Positions 20,368 through 31,307 of a stretch of 64,000 nt of DNA are shown here, piece by piece; the stretch's first letter is position 1, and every line of letters begins with the position of its first letter. The notes beneath the pieces were generated by a model. That model saw nothing but the letters and a program-made list of their open reading frames with translations. It did no database searches and was not told the DNA's origin. The position numbers and the translations under genes are program-made. Location: positions 1 through 64,000 of the IMG/VR virus record IMGVR_UViG_3300028829_002760. The stretch is one strand, 5' to 3'. The DNA comes from a virus.

Positions 20368-21984
20368 TTAAAATGATCCTCCTGTAACAGGATTTCTCAT
20401 TACAATCTTCAACACTTTGGTTGGATCTTTTACCCATATTGCAGGCATTGTTTGAGACATCATTACACGATACCCATTAAATTGCCCAGAAGACTGGAAT
20501 CCTTGTGTACGTCCCATATAATCCATTGTACCATTTTGATACCACCATTTTAATTGATTATCCCAAGATAACTTCAATAAGAAGATGTTATCATTAGTAT
20601 TATCAGTGATGTCAAAGATAATGAATGAATAAGATGATAATGGGAACCCATCAATAATTGGATTCTCAATGTCATTAGTATGTACATTGTCAAATGCTGG
20701 GTTAAGTACAAACTTAACATTAGCAAGGAAAGGAATCACATAAGAAGTATAAGAGAATCCAAAGTTCAAGTCCATTCCTTGACCAGTGATTGCACCTATA
20801 TCAGCAGCTTGAATTACAAGACCTGATGCTACAGCTTCTCTTTTAATAGCTTCATTTACCATTCTCATTCCACCCATACCAGTTTGAACAATTAACTGTC
20901 TATTTGGATCTGGACCTTGGAATTCAACTTTACCATTAAAGAAGTTGTAGATTTCTCCACGGAACAACTCAAGTGTAAAGTTATTTTTGTTATACACTCT
21001 TTTAAAAGAGTTATCTAACTGTCTCCAAAGACCTACAGACAATCTCATGTCATCTGGCCCATCTTGACGAAGTCTACCACCTTGTCCCCACATTAGGTAA
21101 GACTCAATATCAGATGCAACTTTTGATAAGTGAGCTGCTTCCATTTGAGTCAAGAAAGTTCTAGAAAGATCTCCGTTATCAAAAGCACGTTTAACTTTGT
21201 CTTTACCCATTACCTTAACCATATCTTCTAATGAAGAAACAGAAGGATCAACGTTTTCACCAAAGTTTCTCCAGATTTCAGTTACTGGTACTGTACCATC
21301 AGCATTCATTCCACCTTTGATCATAAGATCAGCTCTAGAAGAAACTGAATAATGAACATGTGCTTCTGCTCCACCTACATAGTTGTAGAACTCACGGAAA
21401 CCTGTTCTTGTTGTAATATCAGAAAAACGTTCTCCATACTCACCACGAGCAGAACCTTTTCTAAAAAGTTGTGTACCATTTTCAAGATACTTTTGATCTA
21501 AGAACCTGAAGTTATCATTGTTCACTAACTGAACAGTATAGATAAATCCATCTCCAACAGGTAAAATATCTTCATCAGTAACGTACATTTCAACACCGTT
21601 ATATTTGTCATAAGTGATAATATCACCATGTCCAAACTCACGTCTGCTTAATTTAATACGAAATGTTGAACCATCTGTACCAAGTACAGCTGCTGGATCC
21701 TCAATATTTTCTACAATATAAGGAAGGTCTGTGGTAGTTGGTGTTTGCCATCTATACTCTCCACGAGCATTGTCTACCATGATTACGTTCTTTCCACCAA
21801 AGCTAGACATTTGATAAAGAGGCATTTCAACTTTCTGAGCCATTGCCCATAAGTCCACTGGACCTAAGTCCATTGGTTCTGCATCCTTCAACATGTTAAC
21901 CAAGTGGTAAGAGTCTACGTGTGAACTTGCATTGTAAGCTGTATCCCGTAGAAAGATACCATTGTTTAAAACTGGAGTTGCCAT
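20368..21984 (-). CDS. Major capsid protein
   Basis: 538 aa after portal and scaffold; C-terminal AIWVKDPTK motif of crAss-like MCPs; strong terminator. Confidence 0.85.
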   Translation of the reverse strand: MATPVLNNGIFLRDTAYNASSHVDSYHLVNMLKDAEPMDLGPVDLWAMAQKVEMPLYQMSSFGGKNVIMVDNARGEYRWQTPTTTDLPYIVENIEDPAAVLGTDGSTFRIKLSRREFGHGDIITYDKYNGVEMYVTDEDILPVGDGFIYTVQLVNNDNFRFLDQKYLENGTQLFRKGSARGEYGERFSDITTRTGFREFYNYVGGAEAHVHYSVSSRADLMIKGGMNADGTVPVTEIWRNFGENVDPSVSSLEDMVKVMGKDKVKRAFDNGDLSRTFLTQMEAAHLSKVASDIESYLMWGQGGRLRQDGPDDMRLSVGLWRQLDNSFKRVYNKNNFTLELFRGEIYNFFNGKVEFQGPDPNRQLIVQTGMGGMRMVNEAIKREAVASGLVIQAADIGAITGQGMDLNFGFSYTSYVIPFLANVKFVLNPAFDNVHTNDIENPIIDGFPLSSYSFIIFDITDNTNDNIFLLKLSWDNQLKWWYQNGTMDYMGRTQGFQSSGQFNGYRVMMSQTMPAIWVKDPTKVLKIVMRNPVTGGSF

Positions 21985-22014
21985 TATTTATTTATTTATT
22001 TATTTGTTACTTGT

Positions 22015-23307
22015 TTAATTAAATCTCCTAAACATATTGTTTTTAGAAATCGTTTTTTTCTTACTACTAGTCTTTCTAGTAGGTGTTGTTTTTTCGTATT
22101 CATTACTTAATGTAGAAGAAGTCTTTTTTCTTGATTGCTCAGTTTTTAAAGCTCTTACTGTTTTTTCTACAGCTTGTTTACCACCTTGATCTCTTACTTT
22201 ACTTTTATATCCATTAGGATCTGCAAGTAACCAAAGTGCTTCTGCAATAAGATCATGTCTTGGTTCTACAAACTGATACTTTTCTAATAAGTGTCCTAAT
22301 AAGTTTGTAGGTTTACCAGATATAGAAGGGTAGTTAGGTTGAACTAAACCAGAAAATAGTAAACCTTGTTCTTTTTTATTTAGTTTTAAACCACCTATAG
22401 TACCATTAGCTAAAGTACTGTAAACATTTTCTTGATATGCTTTTGCCTGTTCAGTTTGTTGTTGTTTCATATGTTCTTGCTCTGCTAATTGTTTTCCAAC
22501 AATCTCTTCTTGCATAGCATCTAACTTAGGTTTAAACTGATTAGCTTTTTGCTCAAGTCTTTCTAAATCTTTCCAATCTTGAATTTCTTGCTCAATTTCT
22601 TCAGGAGTACCAAAACCTGTTGCATTTAAATATTGTCTAGCAATTTCTCCTTGATCATATTCATTGGTTACATCAAGCTGTCTCATTTCCTCAACATGAG
22701 CAAGTGTTCTAAATAAACCTTTTAAGTCTTGACCACCATCTGCAACATATTTAGCTGCTACCTGAAGTTCTTCTGGTAATGATTGAAAAAACTCTTGAGG
22801 TAAACTTTGTGCTATCTTGTTTTCTCTTTCTTGAAAATTAGCTTCAAACAACTCTCTAAAGTCTTTGGCCGAATATTCTTCAATTGGTTTCTCATCATCA
22901 AATCCAAATAAAGTTCCTTCTTCAATCATTTTAGAAGCAAGATCAACTAAACCACTTTTATCAGTTTTACGTCTACCTGTTCCTGTTTCATCTTCTTCTT
23001 GAGCAGTTATTGCCTCATCAAGTTCATCTATAGTATCTTGTACTTCAGTTTGACTTACTTCAGGTTGAGCAACACTTTCCGTTTCTACTGCAGGTTCTAC
23101 AGTTGTTTTAACTTCTTCAGTAGGTTTGTCAATAAACGTAGTATCTACAGGTTTAGTTTGACTAAACATAGTCTGTTTATCATCTTCTGGAAGCATGACA
23201 CTTTCTGCACCTGGCATCCCAAAGATTTCATCAATATTTACATCTACCTGCTCTACTGTTGTAGAATCTTGTACCGCTTCTTCTGGCATAGTATTGTTTT
23301 CACTCAT
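22015..23307 (-). CDS. Scaffold-like acidic protein
   Basis: Acidic, helical 430 aa between portal and MCP. Confidence 0.6.
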   Translation of the reverse strand: MSENNTMPEEAVQDSTTVEQVDVNIDEIFGMPGAESVMLPEDDKQTMFSQTKPVDTTFIDKPTEEVKTTVEPAVETESVAQPEVSQTEVQDTIDELDEAITAQEEDETGTGRRKTDKSGLVDLASKMIEEGTLFGFDDEKPIEEYSAKDFRELFEANFQERENKIAQSLPQEFFQSLPEELQVAAKYVADGGQDLKGLFRTLAHVEEMRQLDVTNEYDQGEIARQYLNATGFGTPEEIEQEIQDWKDLERLEQKANQFKPKLDAMQEEIVGKQLAEQEHMKQQQTEQAKAYQENVYSTLANGTIGGLKLNKKEQGLLFSGLVQPNYPSISGKPTNLLGHLLEKYQFVEPRHDLIAEALWLLADPNGYKSKVRDQGGKQAVEKTVRALKTEQSRKKTSSTLSNEYEKTTPTRKTSSKKKTISKNNMFRRFN

Positions 23308-23419
23308 TTTTTGTTGGTTTTATGTTATAGTATAATATAATCAAAAGTAAGGAGTTAAACTTCAAAAATTTAAAATAAATTAAAATAAATTAAAAATAAA
23401 CTGTAATATATAGCTAACT

Positions 23420-26164
23420 CTATTCACCCCTCTTTGGATTAACATCATATTTGTTTTTATTTTCTTGTGCAATTTGTAATTGTTTATCTGCAATTTCTTT
23501 TTGAGTTTGTAGTTTTTCTCTTTCAAGTTGATTTTTTTGAGATTGAATAACCATTCTATTAGATTCTTTATCTCTTTGTAAATTTGCTTGATCTTGATAT
23601 TGCTCAGTACTTCTAATATCTTGCATGGCATCTCTAAAATCAGATTCCATGTTTTGATTAATGTCTGATGCAGAACCATAACCTGCAGCTCTAATTTCTG
23701 CAACTAAGATATCTCTTTGTCTATCTTTTTCATTTTCAGCCATTTCTGCATCAATTTTCATTTGTTCAACTTCTTGTTGCTGTTCTAATTGTTGTTGTTG
23801 CATCTGCTGCTGCTGTTGTTGTTCTTGTTGTCTCTGCTGTTGTTGTTTTTGTTCAGAATCTTTAAGTACAGTATTAAGACCTGCAATAGAATCTGACTGA
23901 ACAACTTTACCTAAGTCATATATAGAAGCTCCAGTAGTATTATTTTGAAGAGCCATTTGTTTTAATTGTTCCAATACAGCTCTATGATTTGCATTTGTAC
24001 TAATAGATATATTTAAATCTCTTAGTAAAAGATCAGTACCGTTAATTTCAAAATTTACTTTTTCCTCAGCAGATGTAATATATGTAAGTCTTGCTGAAGG
24101 TTTTGTAGAATTATAGTATTGAGCTAAGTTAGTTCTCATTTCATGTACTCTAGGCATAAGATAATCACAGTGTTGTATAAAAAACATTTCTGTTTGTGCA
24201 TAGGATGCACTTACTGCTTGCTCAACACCAGTAGCTGTAGTTTGAGATAACTGTTGACCCATTCTTTGAGGGTTAACACCTATCACTTCATAAGCTTGAC
24301 TTTTAAAATAATTAGCTAACTGTATTCTACCCATTAATCTATTAGTCTGTTCTAGATCTAATTTTTGAAAATGATTAAAGTTTAATGCATTCTCTGTATT
24401 TGTAATAGATGTATCAAGAGGTAGCATTTGGAAATTTTTCATAGCAACATATGCTTTTGCATAATTACCTTTACCCCAGTCTTCTCCTAATGAATGTCTA
24501 GGTAAGCTGTTTTGATCTAACATAATAACAGTTCCTAATTCATCAACTAATATATCAGCTATTTGATTATTTACAATATTATAACCAATTTGATACGGCT
24601 TCATTAGGTCAATTAATGCAGTAGATTTAGTATTTCTATCAGAGAATACTGATCCTTCCACTGGAAGTTTACAACCATACATACTGCTTTCACCTTTAAA
24701 TTGGAATTTTAAAGGTCCTATATGATTTTTATTTACCCCTATATATATTGGAGAGAATCCCCCTGGATTATTCATTCCCCAAAATGATGGGATATTTGGC
24801 CCAATCTTTACACCACCCCATGTTTCGTTAATCCATATCCAATCTATATGTTCACCAAATAAAAGATTGTCTTTATTTTTATTTTTAAATAACCTATTAT
24901 CATAAATAGGTTTATCTGTGATTTTATAATCTTCAGATATAATTTCATTAATTACATCACCTTCTTCTGTAATTTTAGTAAGATGTCCAACTTTTCTTTG
25001 TGATTTCCAATATCCTGTAGTTACTCTTAATAGATAAGCTGTACCTTCATCTTGATAATCCTCACTCTCACCTAATATTTGTGTTACAATATCTCCTCCA
25101 TCTAATACATTACCTGACATAAATGAAGTATACTGTCTATATGCAAGTGATGGCATACTTGTATTCCATTCATGAGATTTTGTAGCATCATAAAAAGAAC
25201 CATCATTTTGTTGCCCTCCAATATTATATCCTGCAGCTCTAATAGGATATGTTGCCTCTAATGCTTCATGTTGTTCTTCAGTTAGAATATGACCATACTT
25301 ATCTATTACATCTGATACAGTAAGCATGTCAGTTTTACCAACCCAATTACAGTCTGATATATATCTAATGTCTGGAGACTTATGATAAAAAGTTAGTACG
25401 GGATTCCATAATTCTACTTCATAATCATCTTCCATCATATGAAAATGCCAGAATTCCCTGTCTGTAATTAACATATCACGAAATGCTCTTTCTTCAAGTT
25501 CATCAATACGAAATCTTTCTATATCTACTTTATGTTGATGTTCAGCCCACTGTTCAATCATTGATCTATAATCCTTCTTAAAGAATCCTTCAATCTCTGG
25601 TAATGATTTTAATGCTTCTGGTTGAAGTTGTTGTTGAGCCTCTTCTGAGTTAGGATCTAATCCTTGTTCTAACATTGCTGCCAACATTTTAGTTGCGGCA
25701 TCTGCCATTAATGTCTGTTCAACTTGTCCTCTTTTTTGCTCAAGCATTTCATTATAAGAAAAGTCATCTACTGCTCTATAACTTAATCTAGATGATCTTT
25801 TAGCAAATTCAGCAGTAAGTACATTGATTACATTTGGAATAATTGGATAAAATTTTAACTCTAGAGCAGATACGTCTTCTTTAGTTAAAAGTTCTACAAC
25901 ATCTCTATAGTCATTATCTTCTTCAATTATATAATCAGATCTATCTATAATACCTTTTGCAAGCTTATAATTCTTCATTAATCTTCTTGCATTTCTACGG
26001 ATTTGTTTTAATCCTTGCCACTCTAACCAATCAATGTTCCAAGCTGCCCATTCATCATCTTTACTTTTTTTTGGTAAAAACTGTAAAGGTTGGGTAATAC
26101 TTCCCAACCTGTTTTGTTTTGCTTTAGCACCCTTTTTAAGTTGTAATGCGTTGTATACTTGCAT
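23420..26164 (-). CDS. Portal protein
   Basis: 914 aa next to terminase; KFYPIIPNVINVL, SALIDLMKPYQ-like and GVNPQRMGQ motifs; Gln-rich C-terminal coiled coil. Confidence 0.85.
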   Translation of the reverse strand: MQVYNALQLKKGAKAKQNRLGSITQPLQFLPKKSKDDEWAAWNIDWLEWQGLKQIRRNARRLMKNYKLAKGIIDRSDYIIEEDNDYRDVVELLTKEDVSALELKFYPIIPNVINVLTAEFAKRSSRLSYRAVDDFSYNEMLEQKRGQVEQTLMADAATKMLAAMLEQGLDPNSEEAQQQLQPEALKSLPEIEGFFKKDYRSMIEQWAEHQHKVDIERFRIDELEERAFRDMLITDREFWHFHMMEDDYEVELWNPVLTFYHKSPDIRYISDCNWVGKTDMLTVSDVIDKYGHILTEEQHEALEATYPIRAAGYNIGGQQNDGSFYDATKSHEWNTSMPSLAYRQYTSFMSGNVLDGGDIVTQILGESEDYQDEGTAYLLRVTTGYWKSQRKVGHLTKITEEGDVINEIISEDYKITDKPIYDNRLFKNKNKDNLLFGEHIDWIWINETWGGVKIGPNIPSFWGMNNPGGFSPIYIGVNKNHIGPLKFQFKGESSMYGCKLPVEGSVFSDRNTKSTALIDLMKPYQIGYNIVNNQIADILVDELGTVIMLDQNSLPRHSLGEDWGKGNYAKAYVAMKNFQMLPLDTSITNTENALNFNHFQKLDLEQTNRLMGRIQLANYFKSQAYEVIGVNPQRMGQQLSQTTATGVEQAVSASYAQTEMFFIQHCDYLMPRVHEMRTNLAQYYNSTKPSARLTYITSAEEKVNFEINGTDLLLRDLNISISTNANHRAVLEQLKQMALQNNTTGASIYDLGKVVQSDSIAGLNTVLKDSEQKQQQQRQQEQQQQQQMQQQQLEQQQEVEQMKIDAEMAENEKDRQRDILVAEIRAAGYGSASDINQNMESDFRDAMQDIRSTEQYQDQANLQRDKESNRMVIQSQKNQLEREKLQTQKEIADKQLQIAQENKNKYDVNPKRGE

Positions 26165-26173
26165 AGTTATTAC

Positions 26174-28369
26174 TTATTTAATGTTTTTAAATGCTGAACG
26201 TTTAAAAGCACCTCTTTTATTTCCCATATGTGTAAATGGACTCCTATTTAATTTAAACAAATTTTCTGACTTTTCCAAGTTTTTAGCAGCCTCATCCTTA
26301 ATCGTTCTTTTATTATACCCCCTATTAGAATGTTGTATTTTCATAAATCCTACTAAAGCTGCAAAAGATACTAATCTATCTGTGTTAACTCCATCAGCAT
26401 ATTCTCTCATTTCTTTGATTAACATTGGATCAGGTATTCTTTCAATTCCATAAGTAGTTTTTACTACAGTTCCATCAGTTTTAGTTTCTTGATCTAATTC
26501 TTCTTTAGTATATTCTATAGCATAACTAAGAAGATGTCCTTTAAATAATGTTCCTGTATTTTTCCATCCATACTCCTGGAAAACGTTAGCATTAGATCCA
26601 AGATCTTTTAAAAACATAATTTGACCTTTTGGTACAAGATATCTTTGTTTTTTTCTATGTATCATATATTGTATAAATAATGATATATTATTTTCAACTA
26701 ATGTCCATGCATTATACCATTCTATAATTAACTCTAGTCTTTTATGTGTTTGGTTTATATCATCAAATCTACCACACCAAGCTGCAACAATTTTATCTTG
26801 TTCTATATAGGTTTCAGTCTCTGTACCATTTACATTAGTTACTTCAACAGGTGCCTTCATTATATAAATAGAACATAAAGATTCTGAAGTAGTTGTTTTT
26901 CCTTCTGATACAGGGTCAATAGAAGCATAATAAGTTTTAGCAAAAACTGGATTTTTAATTGGTCTTTCCCATACAACAAGACACCCTGTTTTATCTTCTG
27001 TCTTTTTTCTAACAGGAAATTCCATAATAGGACGTTTGTTACTTTTCTTTACTGCAACTTTACCATCTGCATCAGGATATATATCTAAAAATTCATAACC
27101 ATATTCTTTATCTTCTATTCTTCTTTCTTGTGCTGTAAGAAGATGAGGTGGGAATACAGATACTGTTCTATGGGCAAATGCTTCTTTTATATTTCTAGGA
27201 TGCTGAGATATTCTTAACTGATATTCTTCAGGAGGAAGTTCCTTTTTCCATTCCTCAAATTGATTATTTAAAGCTTTTAATGCTTCTTCTACATTAGAAT
27301 TACCAAACTCATCAATATATGGAGGCATAGACCATTGTTCTGGAATAAATAATCCTGACAAACCTTCAGTACCTTTTTCATCTATTAAATCTGTTTCTAC
27401 AGAATATATATCTGATGCTACAGGATTTTGAATCATTTCTTTTAAAGGATTGCATTGTGATAAATCACCAACTGATCCTGCTGCAATAAACATTCCTGTA
27501 GTAGTAAGACCCGATCTCATAGCAGGTCTCATATACTCATATGTTTTATTCATCTTTGGTGCAATACCCGCCTCCTCATGAAAAAAGAATTTAACTGGAC
27601 CCCCTACACCATTTGTTGGATCTTTCTCAAATGACATACCCTGTATAGTTCCTTTAAGACCAACTTCTGCTTTACGATCTCCTTTTCTTACTTCTATTTT
27701 TTGCTGCCACATCATTACTTTATCTGGTGACATAGGTCTATACCATGCAGTATGTTCATTTAAAAATGCAGCATATTCTTGTAAAAATTTCCAAGATCCT
27801 TTTTCATTTATATAATCTTTAAGACTTGCACCAATTTTTAAAGTAACTCCTGGTTCAAACCATTGTTGATTTATAAGTTTTGCCATATGATAATAAGAAG
27901 ATGCTATCTGACGTTTCTTTAATATAGCAACATGTGTATAGGTTAACTCTGCTAATAGTTCATATAATGCCATATGATATTGTGCATCCCTAATATCTGC
28001 AAACCCAAAGTTTTGAATTTCTTTATTAAAGATTGGTAAAAAGTTTAACCACATGTAATATTCTCTAGCAAGAAACCATGTGTTATTTTTATCTTTTATA
28101 ATTACACCTTTCCTACATTTAACTTTTTCTTCATCCCAGTATTTTACAAAGTCTCTGGATTTAAACGGAGCTGTACAGTATACACCATCTTTTTTAAACT
28201 TTTCGGATTGTTGTATAAATATTTTATTTGAGAGTTCGTTGAATAAATACTCTCCAGGTTTTTTAAACAATTCTTTGATAAACTCAGAGAAGTCTTCTCT
28301 GGATTCAAAACTTGTGGTTGTCCATTCTTCATTTTCATAAGTTGGTATGTCTTGATAGATTTCACTCAT
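26174..28369 (-). CDS. terL: Terminase large subunit
   Basis: LKKRQIASS Walker A variant, FFHEEAG Walker B, SIDP nuclease motif, C-terminal NTDR. Confidence 0.9.
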   Translation of the reverse strand: MSEIYQDIPTYENEEWTTTSFESREDFSEFIKELFKKPGEYLFNELSNKIFIQQSEKFKKDGVYCTAPFKSRDFVKYWDEEKVKCRKGVIIKDKNNTWFLAREYYMWLNFLPIFNKEIQNFGFADIRDAQYHMALYELLAELTYTHVAILKKRQIASSYYHMAKLINQQWFEPGVTLKIGASLKDYINEKGSWKFLQEYAAFLNEHTAWYRPMSPDKVMMWQQKIEVRKGDRKAEVGLKGTIQGMSFEKDPTNGVGGPVKFFFHEEAGIAPKMNKTYEYMRPAMRSGLTTTGMFIAAGSVGDLSQCNPLKEMIQNPVASDIYSVETDLIDEKGTEGLSGLFIPEQWSMPPYIDEFGNSNVEEALKALNNQFEEWKKELPPEEYQLRISQHPRNIKEAFAHRTVSVFPPHLLTAQERRIEDKEYGYEFLDIYPDADGKVAVKKSNKRPIMEFPVRKKTEDKTGCLVVWERPIKNPVFAKTYYASIDPVSEGKTTTSESLCSIYIMKAPVEVTNVNGTETETYIEQDKIVAAWCGRFDDINQTHKRLELIIEWYNAWTLVENNISLFIQYMIHRKKQRYLVPKGQIMFLKDLGSNANVFQEYGWKNTGTLFKGHLLSYAIEYTKEELDQETKTDGTVVKTTYGIERIPDPMLIKEMREYADGVNTDRLVSFAALVGFMKIQHSNRGYNKRTIKDEAAKNLEKSENLFKLNRSPFTHMGNKRGAFKRSAFKNIK

Positions 28370-28887
28370 TATGAATCATATGCTAATCCTTGACCTCCAC
28401 GTACTCTAGATGACTGTTCATCTTGAAGATCTTTATATGCTCCTTTAAATGAAGATCTAATTGCTTCAAAATCTTTTGCTACTGCACGTATCTGAGATAT
28501 GTTACCATCTCTACCATCAGTAATTTGAGTGTTTTCCATATATCTTGCTAGTCTATCTAACATGGATGATATACCTTTATAAGCTCTGGATGTTGGGGTA
28601 TCATACATCTTTTGACAAAATTTTAATGCTAAAAATATATCCTCGTCTTCTGTAGAAAACTCTGCTTCTATCTGTTCCAGTATAAGTGTTTCTTTATCCA
28701 TTTCAGGAGTAAAGAAAAAAGGATTAAGATCAGGATTAGGACAAGTCATATAAAATAAGTATTCATATATCTTAAGATAATCATCAGAATAATTATCCAT
28801 TATATCTTTAAGTGCTTTAAGAGTATAACAATGTTCTGTTGGAATTACAGTACCATTTTGAACATCAAATAGTTTAGTTAAAATCAT
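28369..28887 (-). CDS. Putative terminase small subunit
   Basis: 172 aa immediately upstream of terL; C-terminal RVRGG; assignment by position. Confidence 0.45.
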   Translation of the reverse strand: MILTKLFDVQNGTVIPTEHCYTLKALKDIMDNYSDDYLKIYEYLFYMTCPNPDLNPFFFTPEMDKETLILEQIEAEFSTEDEDIFLALKFCQKMYDTPTSRAYKGISSMLDRLARYMENTQITDGRDGNISQIRAVAKDFEAIRSSFKGAYKDLQDEQSSRVRGGQGLAYDS

Positions 28888-29714
28888 TTCTTTTTTATTT
28901 TATTTTTATTATCATTTAAAAAGTAAAAAATAGATAAGACCTCATCTATTAAATAAGGAACTAGTAATATGTTCACATCTTTAACAATAGGATCTCCATT
29001 ATCATCTTTTTTACTTATTGGATAACCCCACTTATCTTCACCTTCTTTTTCGAATGTTATATGATGTATAAATATTTTACCAGGTTTTAATTTAGGGTTA
29101 TGCTTTAATATAATATACATATAAATACTCAATTGTAAAGCATAGTGGTTAAAATTACAATCATCTAAATTTGTTACTGGTAACGACATCTTTTCTGATA
29201 AACCTTCCCAATTCACATATGATTTAGTTTTAATTTCTTTATTAGTCTTGTAATCAATAATATTTACTTTACCATTAACTACTTCAACTAAGTCAGATTG
29301 GCCACATATACCTTTTGATCTTAAGTAAACCATATGTTCTGGATAAACACCTGGTTCTAATTTTTGTGAGGGTGCAATTTTTGTACCCTTATCTGATTCT
29401 AACGGTTTAAAAACAGGTACGGTTACACCATCCCTTTCTATTGAAGCAAATGAACATAAGTCAGCTTCCCTTTGATCATGATAAAATGTACCAAGAGTTG
29501 TTGCACGTTTTGATTCATTATTCCATATTTCTTTTATAAGTTTAGGTTCAATACCAAACCATTTAGATTTTTTATTTTTACTAACTTTTTTTGCAACCGC
29601 ATTTGCATCAAATGGGTTTTTAAAATAAGAAATTAGTTTTGTTACACTTATCCATTCTATATTGTCATCATCAATACTTTTGTAACTATGGTTTTCAGGG
29701 GTAAAAATTATCAT
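28884..29714 (-). CDS. PD-(D/E)XK nuclease (Cas4/RecB-like exonuclease)
   Basis: GTFYH, GQSD, IIDYKT and YALQLSIY motifs. Confidence 0.85.
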   Translation of the reverse strand: MIIFTPENHSYKSIDDDNIEWISVTKLISYFKNPFDANAVAKKVSKNKKSKWFGIEPKLIKEIWNNESKRATTLGTFYHDQREADLCSFASIERDGVTVPVFKPLESDKGTKIAPSQKLEPGVYPEHMVYLRSKGICGQSDLVEVVNGKVNIIDYKTNKEIKTKSYVNWEGLSEKMSLPVTNLDDCNFNHYALQLSIYMYIILKHNPKLKPGKIFIHHITFEKEGEDKWGYPISKKDDNGDPIVKDVNILLVPYLIDEVLSIFYFLNDNKNKIKKK

Positions 29715-30004
29715 AACTCTTCTAATTTATCTTCCTCCTCCACTGTGGCAATAGCTTCCCATTTACCTAATGGACAATCAGATGCAAGAGATCTAGTTTT
29801 AAAACTTAAAGAACAACCACATTCACCACAACAAGGTCCTGTTCCTTTTACAGCACATTCACCACCTTTACTAGGACACTCGTTGCATAAATTATATCTT
29901 AAAGCAGCAATTTCTTCTACTGTTTCATCACGTATAACTGAATTAGTTATCCCCTCTAGGATCTCTTTTCTTTTTTTCCAAATTAGCTTTAGAGTATTTT
30001 TCAT
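29711..30004 (-). CDS. Small Cys-rich metal-binding protein
   Basis: RYNLCNEC...CGECGC...KTR...CPLGKW. Confidence 0.6.
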   Translation of the reverse strand: MKNTLKLIWKKRKEILEGITNSVIRDETVEEIAALRYNLCNECPSKGGECAVKGTGPCCGECGCSLSFKTRSLASDCPLGKWEAIATVEEEDKLEEL

Positions 30005-30350
30005 TTTTAAAATTTTGTCTTTTTTCCAATTCTTCCTGTATTCTTACGTCTATATTTTTTAATTTTTCAAGTTTCTCCTCAATACTTCTTTTGTTATGAT
30101 AAGCACCAAATGTAGAAGTATCGTGATTACTTAAAACTTTCTCATAATGGGGAATTGTATTTTTAACTTTTCTCATTTTAAGAACAAAGTGACCTAAACC
30201 TTCTACATTTAACCTTAAGTCTGTCAAACTAGACATTCTTTTTTTTAAAGTCTTATAATAGAAGTGTACTAAGTCATCTAATAATTGTTCTGAACATTCA
30301 AACTCATCTATTATTTCATTATATAAACTATTCGGTTTCTTTGGTATCAT
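29943..30350 (-). CDS. HU/IHF-like protein (start probably MIPKK at 30350)
   Basis: LNVEGLGHF beta-hairpin motif after two helices. Confidence 0.5.
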   Translation of the reverse strand: MIPKKPNSLYNEIIDEFECSEQLLDDLVHFYYKTLKKRMSSLTDLRLNVEGLGHFVLKMRKVKNTIPHYEKVLSNHDTSTFGAYHNKRSIEEKLEKLKNIDVRIQEELEKRQNFKNEKYSKANLEKKKRDPRGDN

Positions 30351-30708
30351 TAGAAACAAATTTATAGTCTAATAAAACAACACCATCTGTTTGTATTTTT
30401 AGATCTGGATTAATTTTAATCATTTTTTTATTATTCACATCTTTTATAACTAATCCATTTTTCTCAGCTTTATTAATACTATTTCTAACAGTCTGAGGTG
30501 ATTTAAAAATCCAATCTTCTTCTGAAGACGCATCTAAACAAAAGTTGCTAAGTTCTATAGGTTCATTAAAACTTAAAAGAGTTAAACAATTTAAATCAGA
30601 CTCACTCATTGTTATACTGTTAATATAACAATGGGTGAATATCTGAAATTTTACAATTTCCCATTTGGGTAGCCGTACTCTTTTTTGTACTTGGTTTACA
30701 AGTGCCAT
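30328..30708 (-). CDS. Winged-HTH DNA-binding protein
   Basis: SPQTVRNSINKAEKNGLVIK pattern. Confidence 0.55.
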   Translation of the reverse strand: MALVNQVQKRVRLPKWEIVKFQIFTHCYINSITMSESDLNCLTLLSFNEPIELSNFCLDASSEEDWIFKSPQTVRNSINKAEKNGLVIKDVNNKKMIKINPDLKIQTDGVVLLDYKFVSNDTKETE

Positions 30709-31031
30709 TATGCTTTTCTTAGTTTTTTACCTTTACCACTTGGTGCTTTTTTCTGTGGTTTAGGGGTTGGTTGTTCAGGATATGCTGGTGTTGGTGTTGG
30801 TTTTTCAAACTCTTCACCTTCAGGACCTTGGGCTGCTGCCATCATGTTTGCATACTGAATCTGCATAGTTGCTCTTTTAAATCTAGACTCTTCAACTTCA
30901 GTTAGAAGTTTTTCATATTTAGATTGTGATTCAAGATAAGGAAGAGATTTATCATAAAATTCTTTCATCTCATCTCTTCTTGCTTCTAATTCTTCTGGAG
31001 ATAGTTCCTCTCCTAATTGTTGGTTTTCCAT
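30708..31031 (-). CDS. Hypothetical protein
   Basis: 107 aa; upstream TATATTTG (TAnnTTTG) at about 31055-31062. Confidence 0.6.
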   Translation of the reverse strand: MENQQLGEELSPEELEARRDEMKEFYDKSLPYLESQSKYEKLLTEVEESRFKRATMQIQYANMMAAAQGPEGEEFEKPTPTPAYPEQPTPKPQKKAPSGKGKKLRKA

Positions 31032-31148
31032 AATTTATTATTTTACATTTATAACAAATATACTAATTTAGTTTAAATATGTAATGTTTAAACAAAAAAA
31101 ATCCAGGTATAGAGTGCACCTGGACTTAAGTATAATTTGTTTATTTAC

Positions 31149-31307
31149 TTATCTATTTTTAATAGTAAAATTTAAAATAGTTAATCCATAAAAATTTCTT
31201 TGAGGATCAATTTCAATTGATAAAACATCTATTAAAGATATCCTAATCTTAAAAGTAAATGTTTTCCAATTGGGATTATATTTTTTCCAGCCGTTTCTAA
31301 ATTTCAT
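31149..31307 (-). CDS. Small 52-aa protein (not in ORF track)
   Basis: MKFRNGWKKYNPNWKTFTFKIRISLIDVLSIEIDPQRNFYGLTILNFTIKNR; overlaps amidase stop, followed by terminator. Confidence 0.6.
   Translation of the reverse strand: MKFRNGWKKYNPNWKTFTFKIRISLIDVLSIEIDPQRNFYGLTILNFTIKNR

Noticed and set aside
23770-23850. CAA/CAG microsatellite
   Set aside because: Encodes the Gln-rich coiled coil of the portal protein
20368-28369. Introns or inteins in MCP, portal or terminase
   Set aside because: ORFs are continuous, of plausible length, with no intein splice or homing endonuclease motifs seen
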